A DNA stretch of 64,000 nt, from positions 32,001-96,000 of IMG/VR virus record IMGVR_UViG_3300021962_000041, one strand, 5' to 3'. The notes beneath the pieces are model-generated. The model was not told the DNA's origin. It saw only the letters and a list, made by a program, of their open reading frames with translations, and searched no databases. The stretch is from a virus. Each line of letters opens with the position of its first letter. Position 1 is the first letter of the stretch. Below, piece after piece: positions 20,497 to 30,898 of this stretch. Made by a program: the position numbers and the translations under genes.

Positions 20497-20676
20497 GGCA
20501 AAGGTTGCAATAAGAACCAGTATTTTCTTACTATTCTCAATAAAACCTTTTATTTATTCTCATTTACAAAACGCTTATTGAGAATCACCAAATATTTAAT
20601 CTCACAATAACAATCATAACTATCTAAAATAACATATAAGATATATACAATAATTAAAGTGTTATCTAAAATATAA

Positions 20677-21486
20677 ATGTCCCAAGGAATCATCTACCTC
20701 ATCATCAACAAACAAAACGGACACAAATACGTTGGACAAACCACCCAAGGAATGAATAAAAGGTGGCAACAACATATACAAGAAGCATTGCGAATGAGTG
20801 ATAAACCACTACATCGTGCTATGCGTAAGTATGGCAATCACAACTTTATGATTAAAGAAATAGATGAGTGTGATGAAAGTTTATTAGATGAAAAAGAACA
20901 ATATTGGATAGAACAATATAATACCTTTGAAAGTGCAGAAGGTTATAATGCAACAAGTGGTGGAAGTCGTCCAATCTTTAGTAATGAAACAAAACAAAAA
21001 TTAAGTGAAATAGCATCTAATAGAGAAAGAACAGAAGAAGAAGTTGCTAATATAAAAACTGCTTTAACTGAAAAAGCAAAAGAAAGAAATTGGGGATTCT
21101 TAACTGATGAGAACAGAGGTAATGGTAAACACTCTGGCATCAAGATACAAGGACTGAATATCGAAACAGGTGAAATAAGAGAATGGGATAATGCCCGTGA
21201 TGCTGCAGAAGAAGTTGCTGGTGATCGTAATAAGAACAGCAATATCTTATTAAGTGCTAAGAAAGGATATAAGTGTTATGGTTATAGATGGAAACTACTT
21301 GAACAAAAGAGTAAGAAAAAAGCAGTCAAAGCAGTTAATAAAATAACATGGCAGGAACATCATTTTGAAAGTATTGCCGATGCGATTAGAAAAGTTGGTG
21401 GTAATAGCAGGGGGACTGGACTAATTAAATCATTAAGAAGTAATGGACGTTATACTTGGAAAGGATTTATGTGGTTTTATATTTAA
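20677..21486 (+). CDS. GIY-YIG homing endonuclease (Seg-like) with C-terminal NUMOD-type DNA-binding repeats
   Basis: GIIYLI..NGHKYVGQT..RWQQH, EQYWI, GYN motifs; C-terminal FESIADA..YTWKGFMW. Confidence 0.9.
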   Translation: MSQGIIYLIINKQNGHKYVGQTTQGMNKRWQQHIQEALRMSDKPLHRAMRKYGNHNFMIKEIDECDESLLDEKEQYWIEQYNTFESAEGYNATSGGSRPIFSNETKQKLSEIASNRERTEEEVANIKTALTEKAKERNWGFLTDENRGNGKHSGIKIQGLNIETGEIREWDNARDAAEEVAGDRNKNSNILLSAKKGYKCYGYRWKLLEQKSKKKAVKAVNKITWQEHHFESIADAIRKVGGNSRGTGLIKSLRSNGRYTWKGFMWFYI

Positions 21487-21489
21487 ATT

Positions 21490-21514
21490 AAAAAACCTCC
21501 TAAAAAGGAGGTTC
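21490..21514 (-). terminator. Intrinsic terminator between convergent genes
   Basis: AACCTCC-TAAAAA-GGAGGTT hairpin followed by a T-run on the minus strand. Confidence 0.75.
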
Positions 21515-21520
21515 TGATGA

Positions 21521-22327
21521 TTATGATGTTTTCTTTGGTCTACCTCTCTTCTTTGGTTTTGGTTGCTCTTCTTCTACCTCTTCATGAACAGTTTCAAGAG
21601 TATTCAATGCAATCTCATCAATAATAGAATCAATCAATTGTGCTGTTTCTGTATCCTCTTCAGTCTGTGATGATTCTTCTTCCTCTAATGTATCTGGGTC
21701 AATACCTTGTGCAATTAGACGCTCTCTTTCCATCTTTCTCCACATTACTAATTCGGGAGAATCATCCTGTAGAGCAACATGATCAACAAAACCTACACTT
21801 TGCATTTCCTGTTCTGCAACCATTTGACGATGTGCTAATACCTCTTCCTCAGTATAATTGGGTTCTTCAGGTGTTGGATCAAACTCCCACATTGAACCAT
21901 TCCAATACCAATACAATGTACGACTATCAGGTTCTGGCATTGTCCATTTATACTTTGTTCCTAATTCCTTTTGATGTGGGAATCGTGGGCGATCAATTTC
22001 TGGATCTGGATTCAGAACCTTTTCCTTAACTTGTTCAAATCCAGATTCTAACCAATCCTGTTCACTAATTGTCCATTTCTCAATAGGACATGATTCTAAT
22101 GAGAACCTTACCTTATAAGCAAGGAAACATCCACAATGTCTACAACGTCCTTGTTTACCATCAAAGTAAGGACATTCTCTACAAATATCTAAACGTTGAT
22201 TTTGAATCTCTTGACTCACAAACAACTTTTCATGTCCATTGGCAAATGCTTCTTTAATCACTTCAAATGTGAACTTTGCCAGATTCTTACCTTGTTCTCC
22301 TAATGAAGGATATTCCTGTTCAGCCAT
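21521..22327 (-). CDS. Hypothetical protein with Cys-rich N-terminal domain and acidic tail
   Basis: RLDICRECPY..CRHCGCFL..K..ESCPIEKW. Confidence 0.75.
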   Translation of the reverse strand: MAEQEYPSLGEQGKNLAKFTFEVIKEAFANGHEKLFVSQEIQNQRLDICRECPYFDGKQGRCRHCGCFLAYKVRFSLESCPIEKWTISEQDWLESGFEQVKEKVLNPDPEIDRPRFPHQKELGTKYKWTMPEPDSRTLYWYWNGSMWEFDPTPEEPNYTEEEVLAHRQMVAEQEMQSVGFVDHVALQDDSPELVMWRKMERERLIAQGIDPDTLEEEESSQTEEDTETAQLIDSIIDEIALNTLETVHEEVEEEQPKPKKRGRPKKTS

Positions 22328-22369
22328 GTTGTTTGAATAAAAAATGCACGTATACTAATTATAACACAA

Positions 22370-23494
22370 TTATTGATAAAGTCCTTTGATATTCGTCGTT
22401 GATCCACTGACGGTGTAGTTACCACCTGTGATTGCTCTTCCTGCAGTTCCACCATTAAATGCTCCAGTACCATTAGAATTATTACCCCAGTCTGCACCAT
22501 TGGATCCTCTTTCACCATCAAATCCATTTCCACCATAAGTTGGGCAACCACCTGGGGATCCTGAAGTTGGTCCTTCTGATTGTCCTAATGTTGCAGAATC
22601 AGTTCTTGTTAAAGTATAACCCTGACCATTTCCTCCTCCACCACCAGCACCACCAGGGGCACCAGGAACTGAAAAGACTTGTGCATATTGGCATTGACGA
22701 TAATACCAGTAATAAGTCGGTCCTTTGAAATACTGGGCACAAACACCATTATTAATACAACCATAGTCTGCAGTGGCACCTGCATTACATCCAGGACAAT
22801 TGTTACAACTCTGTCCAGTGTTCTGATTATAATAGGTCGTACATTGTCCAGATGTTCCTGTTGATCCTGCGGCACCTCTGGATCCACCAGCACCACCAGA
22901 CCAGATTCTGGCAGATCCTCCTACAACAATTTCAACTGGTCCACCAGATGGTGAATTCACATATAATGCAGGTCCGCCATTATTACCAGTTCCACCACCA
23001 CTGCTCTTTAATGCACCAGTTCCTCCCTGACCATAGATAAATCCATTCACCAGAATTTGTAAATTATAGGCAGTCGCATTGAATGATGCGGCATAGGCAC
23101 CCGTCGAAACATTACCACAAGTACCTTCAATGAAGATTCTTTTTTTAATGTTCTTTGCCAGATTGTTATTCCAATATGTTGATGCCTCTAAATTAATACC
23201 ATTCGCAGATGGTGTGGATACACTATTCGCATCCGTTCCACTTTGAATAATATCATAACGCTTAATCGAATAACGGAATTGTTGCGTCTTCCAGTTTGTC
23301 TGTGTTGATGTAATGGCTTCGTTTTCAGTGCAGTTCGGTACAACAGGATTCGTATTATTAGTTGAAAGTATTCTCAATAATTCTGATGCAGAAATCGGAC
23401 CAGGATTAACTGGTTGTTGGAAATCAGTTCTTAATGATGAAAAACTAATTGGACCAGATGAATATAATGGTGTTGTTGATATGGCAACTGACAT
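22370..23494 (-). CDS. Glycine-rich tail-tip adhesin-like protein (T2 gp38-like Gly motifs)
   Basis: IYGQGGTG, NGGPAL, IWSGGAGG, GGAGGGGG, GGTAGRAI motifs; TAAATA late-type promoter at about 23520. Confidence 0.6.
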   Translation of the reverse strand: MSVAISTTPLYSSGPISFSSLRTDFQQPVNPGPISASELLRILSTNNTNPVVPNCTENEAITSTQTNWKTQQFRYSIKRYDIIQSGTDANSVSTPSANGINLEASTYWNNNLAKNIKKRIFIEGTCGNVSTGAYAASFNATAYNLQILVNGFIYGQGGTGALKSSGGGTGNNGGPALYVNSPSGGPVEIVVGGSARIWSGGAGGSRGAAGSTGTSGQCTTYYNQNTGQSCNNCPGCNAGATADYGCINNGVCAQYFKGPTYYWYYRQCQYAQVFSVPGAPGGAGGGGGNGQGYTLTRTDSATLGQSEGPTSGSPGGCPTYGGNGFDGERGSNGADWGNNSNGTGAFNGGTAGRAITGGNYTVSGSTTNIKGLYQ

Positions 23495-23518
23495 CGAAAT
23501 AGAAGAAGATTCTTTTTG

Positions 23519-26500
23519 TTATTTAGAGTCTGTCTTCTTCAATTCAGTATAAGGTACACGTCCAGTCTCATGATACATTACCATGTCATACTTGAACTTA
23601 CATTCTAATGGTTTCTGATTACACATCTTCAATGTTTGATTGATGGTGCTTTCGGTATAGGCATTCGATCCTAATGCGAATCCTACAATACCAACTAGAA
23701 CCAGTGCAGGATAATACACCAGTTTGCTTTTCACTGAAACACTGGTACGATTTCCGAGTTCAGGTAACCCAACTTCTGTACGTGTTGTTCCCATAATGAT
23801 GCGTCCTCAATGTTGTAAAAGATTGCGGTTTGTTTTGTTTGTTTGTTTCGTTTGTTCTTGTAGTAGATAACCTGGTACTTCATAATGATCATTCCAATGT
23901 CTTACGACCCCTGCGATAATAAAACAATTAGTAAGAAGATAAGAAAGGAATATAAAAGTCCGTACACCAGCAATGTGGTCTGCCTCTCTGTCATTTTTCG
24001 TTGCCTTCTCCCCAAGTGCTTTCGCCCATAATCTCCACATATTTTTTCTCTTCTTCATGGACAGATTCTCTTGATTTTACATAGGTCAATTCATTCCATT
24101 GATTATGATAACACAGCACCATCAAACGATCATTGCGATGAATGGAACATGCCTCATAGTTTTCTTCATTTTTTGGTTTGACTCCAATCTCAATTGTAAT
24201 GTACTTCTTATCCTTGAAATACACCCATCCTTCAATATGAGGTTTCCACTTTACATAATGATTGACTTCGGGAGTATAACTCATACAAATGCAGACTCAA
24301 GTGGCGTTTGCTTTGGTATCATAGCAGAATATGGAGTTGTTTGTGCTATACTAACAGCGTTCCCGACCTTGCTGGAATTAATTGGGGCATAATAGGTTCG
24401 GGTCTTGGTGTTGTAGAACCCCCAAATAGAACGGACAGGATTGCCCCCATTATAATCAAAATGAGTGCAGTTCCAAATCCAAATAGAAATGACATTTCGT
24501 TTGAACTCTTCATACTCATAACGATAACCTTCGGGTGCTTGATGTGGGAATTCAATAGTCATCACCATATTCTAAACCAGATTCGGCATTCATCAATTCG
24601 ACAGTTGTTTGATACCCTTTGGCAATGGTCAGTTCATGAGTCTTTCCGATGTCTTCCAGTGCTTCAACATCGAACTCTGGTGCAGTGATCCAACTAAAAC
24701 CTTTGCCAAAAGTGTTATCGGGATTGACCACATACCAATGGCAAGCAGTATCAGGAACGAAAACAGAACATTTCTTCCAGTCATTGTCCCATTGTGGTAC
24801 TTGTACAAATGATAGTGCGGCAAATAGAAAACCGAAAAGACTCAGAAACATCATTCACAAAGATAAACTTTTAGATACTCTGGATTGATACCACCAGCAA
24901 GCAATGTATTTAGAATTTCATCGCATTGTTCTTTGGTGACACCATCGGCAACTGCTTCCCAACCTCCAGTATAATTCTGAAGGATTTTGTAACGTGGTTC
25001 TTCTGTCATGATCAGGTCAGGAAGATGTCAATGACTCGGGACTCTTCATCCTCGGCAAGTGCAAACTTAGGTGCCTTGACAATGTTAGGCATCACGCGAT
25101 CTTCATATTGTGGATCAAATGGATTGGTTTCACCTTCATCAAAATTAGTCAGAAGATCAAAACACTCCTGATCATTTTCGGCAATGACACTAATCATTCC
25201 ACCATACTCGGAGGAAGGAAACGGAACCCAATAATCAACAAGATAAATGTACTTCATTTGTTTTTCTAAATTACTCCTCAATTTTAGATGAATGAGTCAG
25301 ATTTGTCAACTGACGTTGTAGTTCAACTTTTACCGAAACCAGATGACCATACATAAACTTTTGATACTCATTATCCTCAATCAAAGAGATAATGTTATCA
25401 ATCTGCATCAGTGCAAGAATGAGTTTTGTCTGTTCACTCATACAAACTCTGAAATGTAGTAATCAACAGTTACCTCAAGTTCTGCTGCCTTGGTCTCAAA
25501 ATAACTTTGAGTGTACTTACGTGCAGCCTCACGTCGTACATAGTTTTGGACTTCAACATCAGCATGTTTCATAAAGTCCTCAAAAGCAGTCATAAACTGC
25601 TTGATGTCTTCATCGTTCATTTGCACATCCAATGGTTTGACAATAATAGGACTCAAACATACGATTGTCACGTTGAATTAACCAATAGTTATAACTCAAC
25701 ATGCCAATCGCAATCAATGCACCATAAAACACATACTTCCGTGTCATCAGCAAGCACCTGCCATAGGATTGACATTCTTGACTTCAGTGTTGAAACCAGT
25801 CACTTCCCAACCCATACCAATACGCTCATCCATTTCACGCTCAAACTCACGCTTGGTGATGCACTTGTAAGACATAGCATCAACACCACGGAACTTGAGC
25901 ACCTTGAACATGTGACGGGTGCTATCTTTGACAGGATAGTAATCCACAGTCATGGAGGGTTTGCCGTCGATCTTGGAGAAGGTGGAGAGTTGCATGGGGT
26001 GTTCCCTTGACTACCTTAGTATTATAGGTCAGAAGGACGGCACCACGTCGTTCCGTAGACCAGTTTGCGAACTGTCCATCTGCTCGAACATGGTGTAAAG
26101 TTTGTTATACAATGCTGGCACACTTCCATATTCCCGTGCAATTTGATTTTCCTCACGGAGATTCAGTAACTGCAGTGCAGATAGAATTACACCAATTTCA
26201 TGAACATTCAGTTGTACATTTGTTTCTGTCATTGTTTTCAATCCCAACTAACATTTTGAACAAGAAAACCAGGCATTACATAAGTCCATGCTCCAGTTTC
26301 ATTACTACCACCAACTTTATACTCCCACTTGTACTCAAACTTATTGTGACTATCCCATGTCACATATCCTTTCTCCTTGTCAAATCGTCCTTTGATCGTC
26401 AAACCATGTTTGTTAGAGAAAATGTTACGAGTGCGAAGCGCACCACCAGTCTCACGGGTTTCTACAACTTTACAGGTGTCGGGATACGTTTGAAGTCCTG

Positions 26501-26627
26501 CTTCAAGCAGACAAGGAGTTTCATATACAAATGGACGATACACCTTGGGTTTAACTGGTGCAGGTGCAGTTTGTGCAAATGCTGGTGATACCAATAGCAA
26601 CGATGCGATTAGAAAAAACTTTTTCAT
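23519..26627 (-). other. Run of small hypothetical genes (23519-23794, 23991-24284, 24281-24568, 24552-24854, 25012-~25257, 25438-~25620, 25747-25995, 26029-~26232, 26238-~26627); two or three have signal-peptide/TM-like N-termini
   Basis: Abutting or overlapping minus-strand ORFs in the track. Confidence 0.7.
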
Positions 26628-26959
26628 CCAACTACCCTCCAACATACGGTCGCGTTTCCTTGTTTTGTAGAGGCAATGTGAGTAAATGCAGAATAACTCA
26701 AGTCAAGATCAGCATGAGAATAAGGACCGCGATCATTGATTCTTACGATTACCTGTTTGAGATTGTCTTGGTTTGTAACTCTAATTTTAGTTCCCATAGG
26801 TAGGTAAGGGTGAGCAGCAGTCCAACGATAAGCATCAAATCGTTCTCCATTTGCGGTAGTTTGTCCATGAAATCCATCACCAATTCCATAGAATGTGGCA
26901 ACTCCGCAAGTAAGACCAGCAATCAGTGTTTCAATCATTGTTTGATCTTGAGTTCCCAA
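26624..26959 (-). CDS. rlpA: RlpA-like lytic transglycosylase (double-psi beta-barrel)
   Basis: ATFYG..FHGQTTANGERFD..TAAH..LPMGT..VTN..VIVRINDRGPY..DLS. Confidence 0.9.
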   Translation of the reverse strand: MGTQDQTMIETLIAGLTCGVATFYGIGDGFHGQTTANGERFDAYRWTAAHPYLPMGTKIRVTNQDNLKQVIVRINDRGPYSHADLDLSYSAFTHIASTKQGNATVCWRVVG

Positions 26960-27617
26960 ACATCACGACTCAGAGATTGAATGGCAGAATTGATACTACC
27001 ATCCAGAGAGTGAACTTTATACTCAAGTTCACCCAGTTGGCGATACAGGTTGAGACACATCAGAGTATTGGCGGCAATACCAACAATGATGGACCAACCA
27101 ACAACTTTCTCAAGATTTACATCACTCATTTTCATCAGGGGCAAAAGCAAGTTCAAGATAATTATAACCGATTACCTTTCGTCCTTGATGCGAATCGGTA
27201 TCGATCTTTACACCTTCGCTTTGAAGTTTATCAAGGCGACGTGCAGTTGATTCATTCAGTTTTGCAGTCCAATAGTAACTCATGAGATTCCTCCTGTTTT
27301 GTTATATTCTATCATAGAACGCCGTGCAGCGTAAGCCTCAAATTCAGATGGGAATGATGCAATGGTCCGACCATTATCTGCCCAGTACAGATACCAACGT
27401 CTGGCAAACTGTTTGATAAGAATTGGTTTGTTCATCAGTCCTCAGGATAAAGTTTCCAACCATCGGGATAAAGTCCCATCTCTTCACAACGCACCTCATA
27501 AGCAATACGCTGTAAGCAAAGCAGATCCATCGATTCAACTGCTTTCATGATAGAGCGGCGAATCTGCTTGTCTTGAATGGTGTCGGTGACCATTGCGGTT
27601 CCCTTGACTACCTTTGT

Positions 27618-27675
27618 ATTATAGGGCAAAAGAAAGGGGTCTCAACGACCCCTGTGCCACTTGTTCAACTGTCCA
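27618..27675 (-). promoter_or_regulatory. Early promoter element with internal stem-loop
   Basis: GTGCCA-N10-TGTCCA 27654-27675, 30 bp from TATAAT; GGGGTC..GACCCC hairpin in the spacer. Confidence 0.75.
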
Positions 27676-28567
27676 CCTTCACGATCAGGATCTCATGGGA
27701 TTCTTTAGTATTGCCCCCACCAGACAGGATTCGATTGTCACCAATACGTGTCTCTCCTAATTGATAGGAATAGTGCCATTCTGGGAAATACTGATCAAAA
27801 TCTTTGTAGTATTCACGGATCGTCTCACAATTGTTATAAGACAGGATAAAACTGCCTTTGTGATTGTGCAGCAGATCTCTCAGTGTTTCATGATCAAAAC
27901 CAGTATGATGCACGTCAATGTTGCAGTTGGGATACATTCCCTTCAGCATTTTGTTATCAGAATCCTTATCCAAATAGTATGGTGGATCCAGATACAGGAG
28001 ATCACCAGAATGTTCTGGGATTACATCAACAAACGATGCCTTCTCTACGTGCAGATCCTTATTGGTATATGCTCTGATGTTGTGGACCATCTTATCCCAT
28101 TTAGTCTGACTTTCATAGATCTTACTCATCCAACCCAGATACATCGGTCCATAGGACAGGTTATGGTTGAAGTAATAGTATGCTGCAGCAGTCAGATCAT
28201 CCAGTTGGATTGAATCACGCTTATAATAATCAGTGTGCCAATCTTTCAGCATATCCTGAGTATACTGCCACTGCAACAGCAACTCTTTGATTTCAGCATA
28301 TTTTTCCTTGGTAGGAGTCAACTCCTGAAGTTTATCTGCCAACTCATTAGGAGAAGACAGAAGAACATTCCAGAAGTTGACCAGAGCATCAAAGATGTCG
28401 AACCCATAGACAGGAATGCCAAGTTCAGATGCCCATTTTGATTCTAAACTACCTCCACCAACAAATGGTGAGATGATACGCTGGGGATATGGAAGTCTAG
28501 GAATATATTGAGTGATAAGTTTGTATGCCTTTGACTTACCACCAGCATAACGGAGAGGTGTTTTCAT
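27665..28567 (-). CDS. dam: N6-adenine DNA methyltransferase (Dam/D12 class)
   Basis: LRYAGGKS, SPFVGGGS (motif I), YLDPPY (motif IV), FILSYN. Confidence 0.9.
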   Translation of the reverse strand: MKTPLRYAGGKSKAYKLITQYIPRLPYPQRIISPFVGGGSLESKWASELGIPVYGFDIFDALVNFWNVLLSSPNELADKLQELTPTKEKYAEIKELLLQWQYTQDMLKDWHTDYYKRDSIQLDDLTAAAYYYFNHNLSYGPMYLGWMSKIYESQTKWDKMVHNIRAYTNKDLHVEKASFVDVIPEHSGDLLYLDPPYYLDKDSDNKMLKGMYPNCNIDVHHTGFDHETLRDLLHNHKGSFILSYNNCETIREYYKDFDQYFPEWHYSYQLGETRIGDNRILSGGGNTKESHEILIVKVDS

Positions 28568-29529
28568 AGACGGGGATCTGAGAACTTACTTGAAATCTTG
28601 ACTGCATCAGCAATAGTTTCTTTGCCAATGCGATAAGCAGAGGCAAAGTTTTGTGCTTCACAATATTCTGCATATTTTTCTAGAATAAAGTATAGCACAT
28701 AACGATTAGATTTCCTATCAGTAAATGGTTTCACCAAACCATCTTGTGAGATAACCATAGGAAGAACTTTAGTCACATAATCATAAAACTTTAGTTTTTT
28801 TCCATTTGTGAGAGTGTCAATAAATTCTTGAAGTAGAACCATTGAACGAAGTGTAGTACCATTTACGTGTTCGGCATTGGGAAATAATTTTTTCCAGAGT
28901 CTAAACCCCTTCAAAATTTTATCAAAATTGTCACTGCTATAATCAACAGTCATAAACCAAAATTGATAAAATCCTTTTAATTCCAGTGCATCGTCTTCAG
29001 TAGAACCAAAAGATCCATCCACAATAAGATTCAAAGATAAAAGAACTTCCTGAACCCAAATTGCTTCTGGTTCTTTCCAAATAACACCTGCACGAATTTC
29101 TTCCAGTTTTGAAAGTTTTTTCCTGAAAGTATTGAGTTCGGTAAAGACCTTTGCTTCTGCCTCTTCACATTGTTGAAGATCATAATTTTCAGGGTGCCTA
29201 ATAATACAGCACATATATGGATCTTCAACTTCACTTTGAAGATACTTGATTCCTTTATGTTGTCCATCAATGATTCTTGAACCACGTTCCGATTCAGGCA
29301 GAGAATCTGGACGAATGGCAATCACCATCGGAAGAAGTAGTGACCAATTCATTTGTCCCTGCTTTTTTAACGAAGATGCAGAGATCAATCTTTGGTATTT
29401 TTCGTCTGGTATAAGTGACAGCACCTCAGTGCGTGTTAATTCTTTATATTCTAACTTGGCACCTATCGCACCAATTGGTACGTTCAAATAGGAGAATTTT
29501 TGGGCAAGTTGCCCTAAAGTGCTAGACAT
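28564..29529 (-). CDS. ParB/Srx-like protein with DGQH motif
   Basis: IIDGQHK and EAKVFTELN motifs; 4-bp overlap with the methylase; TTGACA/TATAAT promoter at about 29588-29617. Confidence 0.6.
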   Translation of the reverse strand: MSSTLGQLAQKFSYLNVPIGAIGAKLEYKELTRTEVLSLIPDEKYQRLISASSLKKQGQMNWSLLLPMVIAIRPDSLPESERGSRIIDGQHKGIKYLQSEVEDPYMCCIIRHPENYDLQQCEEAEAKVFTELNTFRKKLSKLEEIRAGVIWKEPEAIWVQEVLLSLNLIVDGSFGSTEDDALELKGFYQFWFMTVDYSSDNFDKILKGFRLWKKLFPNAEHVNGTTLRSMVLLQEFIDTLTNGKKLKFYDYVTKVLPMVISQDGLVKPFTDRKSNRYVLYFILEKYAEYCEAQNFASAYRIGKETIADAVKISSKFSDPRL

Positions 29530-29613
29530 AATCGATGCCTCCTTGGCATAGTTTTGTGTTTGTATGCACTACTTTGTGCATACAGATATTATATATGAAA
29601 TTTTTCCTATTTG

Positions 29614-30321
29614 TCAAGCAGGAACAACATCATATGGCAGGTTTTCCTGCAGGAAGGGATACAATCCCTTAGAACGCACACCATGATTCATAGAACCACA
29701 GTGCTTGCCACCACGAACCTCAAGATAAAAGATCTCTTTGTCTTCTGCACGAACAACAACCTTAGCACCCTTTGTCACATACACTTCGTAGTCTGAATTG
29801 ACATACAGATTGATAACATCTTTCATATCATAGACCAAAGCATCAGAAGTGTTGCTCTTCAGTACAACCAACTTGTTAGCATCATAGTTATCGGTAAAGA
29901 CTTTCTCCAGAACCACACGGAAATTGTCTTTATTCCGCAACCATTCGGCAGCATTCAATGCACCAGCATAAAATGCATCAAACAGGTTAGTATCAATCAT
30001 GTTCTTGTTGTCACGCTTGAATGATTTGTGAGCGTGAGCAGCAAATTGATACTGATAAAGAGGATTATTGGTGCCATAAACAAGCGCAGAACGCTCAAGT
30101 CTAGAGAGCAAAAGTTGAATATTATTCGCAGCGCCCTTGACAGAATAACGATTATCTTCACAGATAACATCAGGTTTCTGTGTGCCACGGACAACATATT
30201 CAATGCTGCCAAGACGTTCTGCAAAGACTTCTTCTTTTTTATGTCCACGCTTTTTCACATGGGATGCAACCTCATGCGTGGGAGCGTGGCGGGAACCATC
30301 GTAACCTTGAATGATTGTCAT
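29614..30321 (-). CDS. Putative PD-(D/E)XK-type endonuclease
   Basis: GHKKEE..KPDV..YSVKG spacing resembles E..PD..SxK restriction-enzyme active sites. Confidence 0.45.
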   Translation of the reverse strand: MTIIQGYDGSRHAPTHEVASHVKKRGHKKEEVFAERLGSIEYVVRGTQKPDVICEDNRYSVKGAANNIQLLLSRLERSALVYGTNNPLYQYQFAAHAHKSFKRDNKNMIDTNLFDAFYAGALNAAEWLRNKDNFRVVLEKVFTDNYDANKLVVLKSNTSDALVYDMKDVINLYVNSDYEVYVTKGAKVVVRAEDKEIFYLEVRGGKHCGSMNHGVRSKGLYPFLQENLPYDVVPA

Positions 30322-30356
30322 AGTAAGTACGGATTCGTAACTTTGTTTACCTTGTT

Positions 30357-30414
30357 ATTATACTGCCTGCATCAGACGATTGGGGAAGCAATGTGACACT
30401 TGTTGAACTGGCAC
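30357..30414 (-). promoter_or_regulatory. Early promoter element inside the 3' end of the upstream gene
   Basis: GTGACA-N10-TGGCAC 30393-30414, 30 bp from TATAAT. Confidence 0.78.
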
Positions 30415-30834
30415 ATTCAATTCGTCAAACAAATACTCCAGATATAGTGTTTCTTCTTGCTCCCGTGCCTCTATTTCGTGTGCTTGATGCCAATAGTCCA
30501 CATTTTCCATGCATTCTTTACCATAATACATTTTTCCGCTTCGCAACCGCAGTGAACCGACTACCCACTGCCGTAGATGGGTCAGTTCATGTAAAAGAGT
30601 TTTTATATACAACTCCTCCTCCATATGGGTGTTCAGTTCAATCAGGAAGTGACGGGGGCGATAGGTTTCACCCACAACGTCACAATACCCATAGACACAC
30701 TCACGATTCAGACCACGATGCACAATATCCACCGTGATCTTGTGGCGGGGAAAGAACTTATTCAGAAACCAAGTGGTAACATCCTCGCAGACCCGCTTGC
30801 GATAACCATATCCAGAATGCGTGATGTAAGACAT
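30358..30834 (-). CDS. HExxH zinc metallopeptidase-like protein
   Basis: TLLHELTHLRQ plus downstream EIEA. Confidence 0.75.
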   Translation of the reverse strand: MSYITHSGYGYRKRVCEDVTTWFLNKFFPRHKITVDIVHRGLNRECVYGYCDVVGETYRPRHFLIELNTHMEEELYIKTLLHELTHLRQWVVGSLRLRSGKMYYGKECMENVDYWHQAHEIEAREQEETLYLEYLFDELNVPVQQVSHCFPNRLMQAV

Positions 30835-30898
30835 TGACCCCAGTGCAGAAACCAAATGAACGAAGAAACAAACAGGAGTTTTTCTTTAGTAGTCATGA

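Noticed and set aside
22370-23494. Diversity-generating retroelement target
   Set aside because: No reverse transcriptase and no template/variable repeat pair seen in the window.
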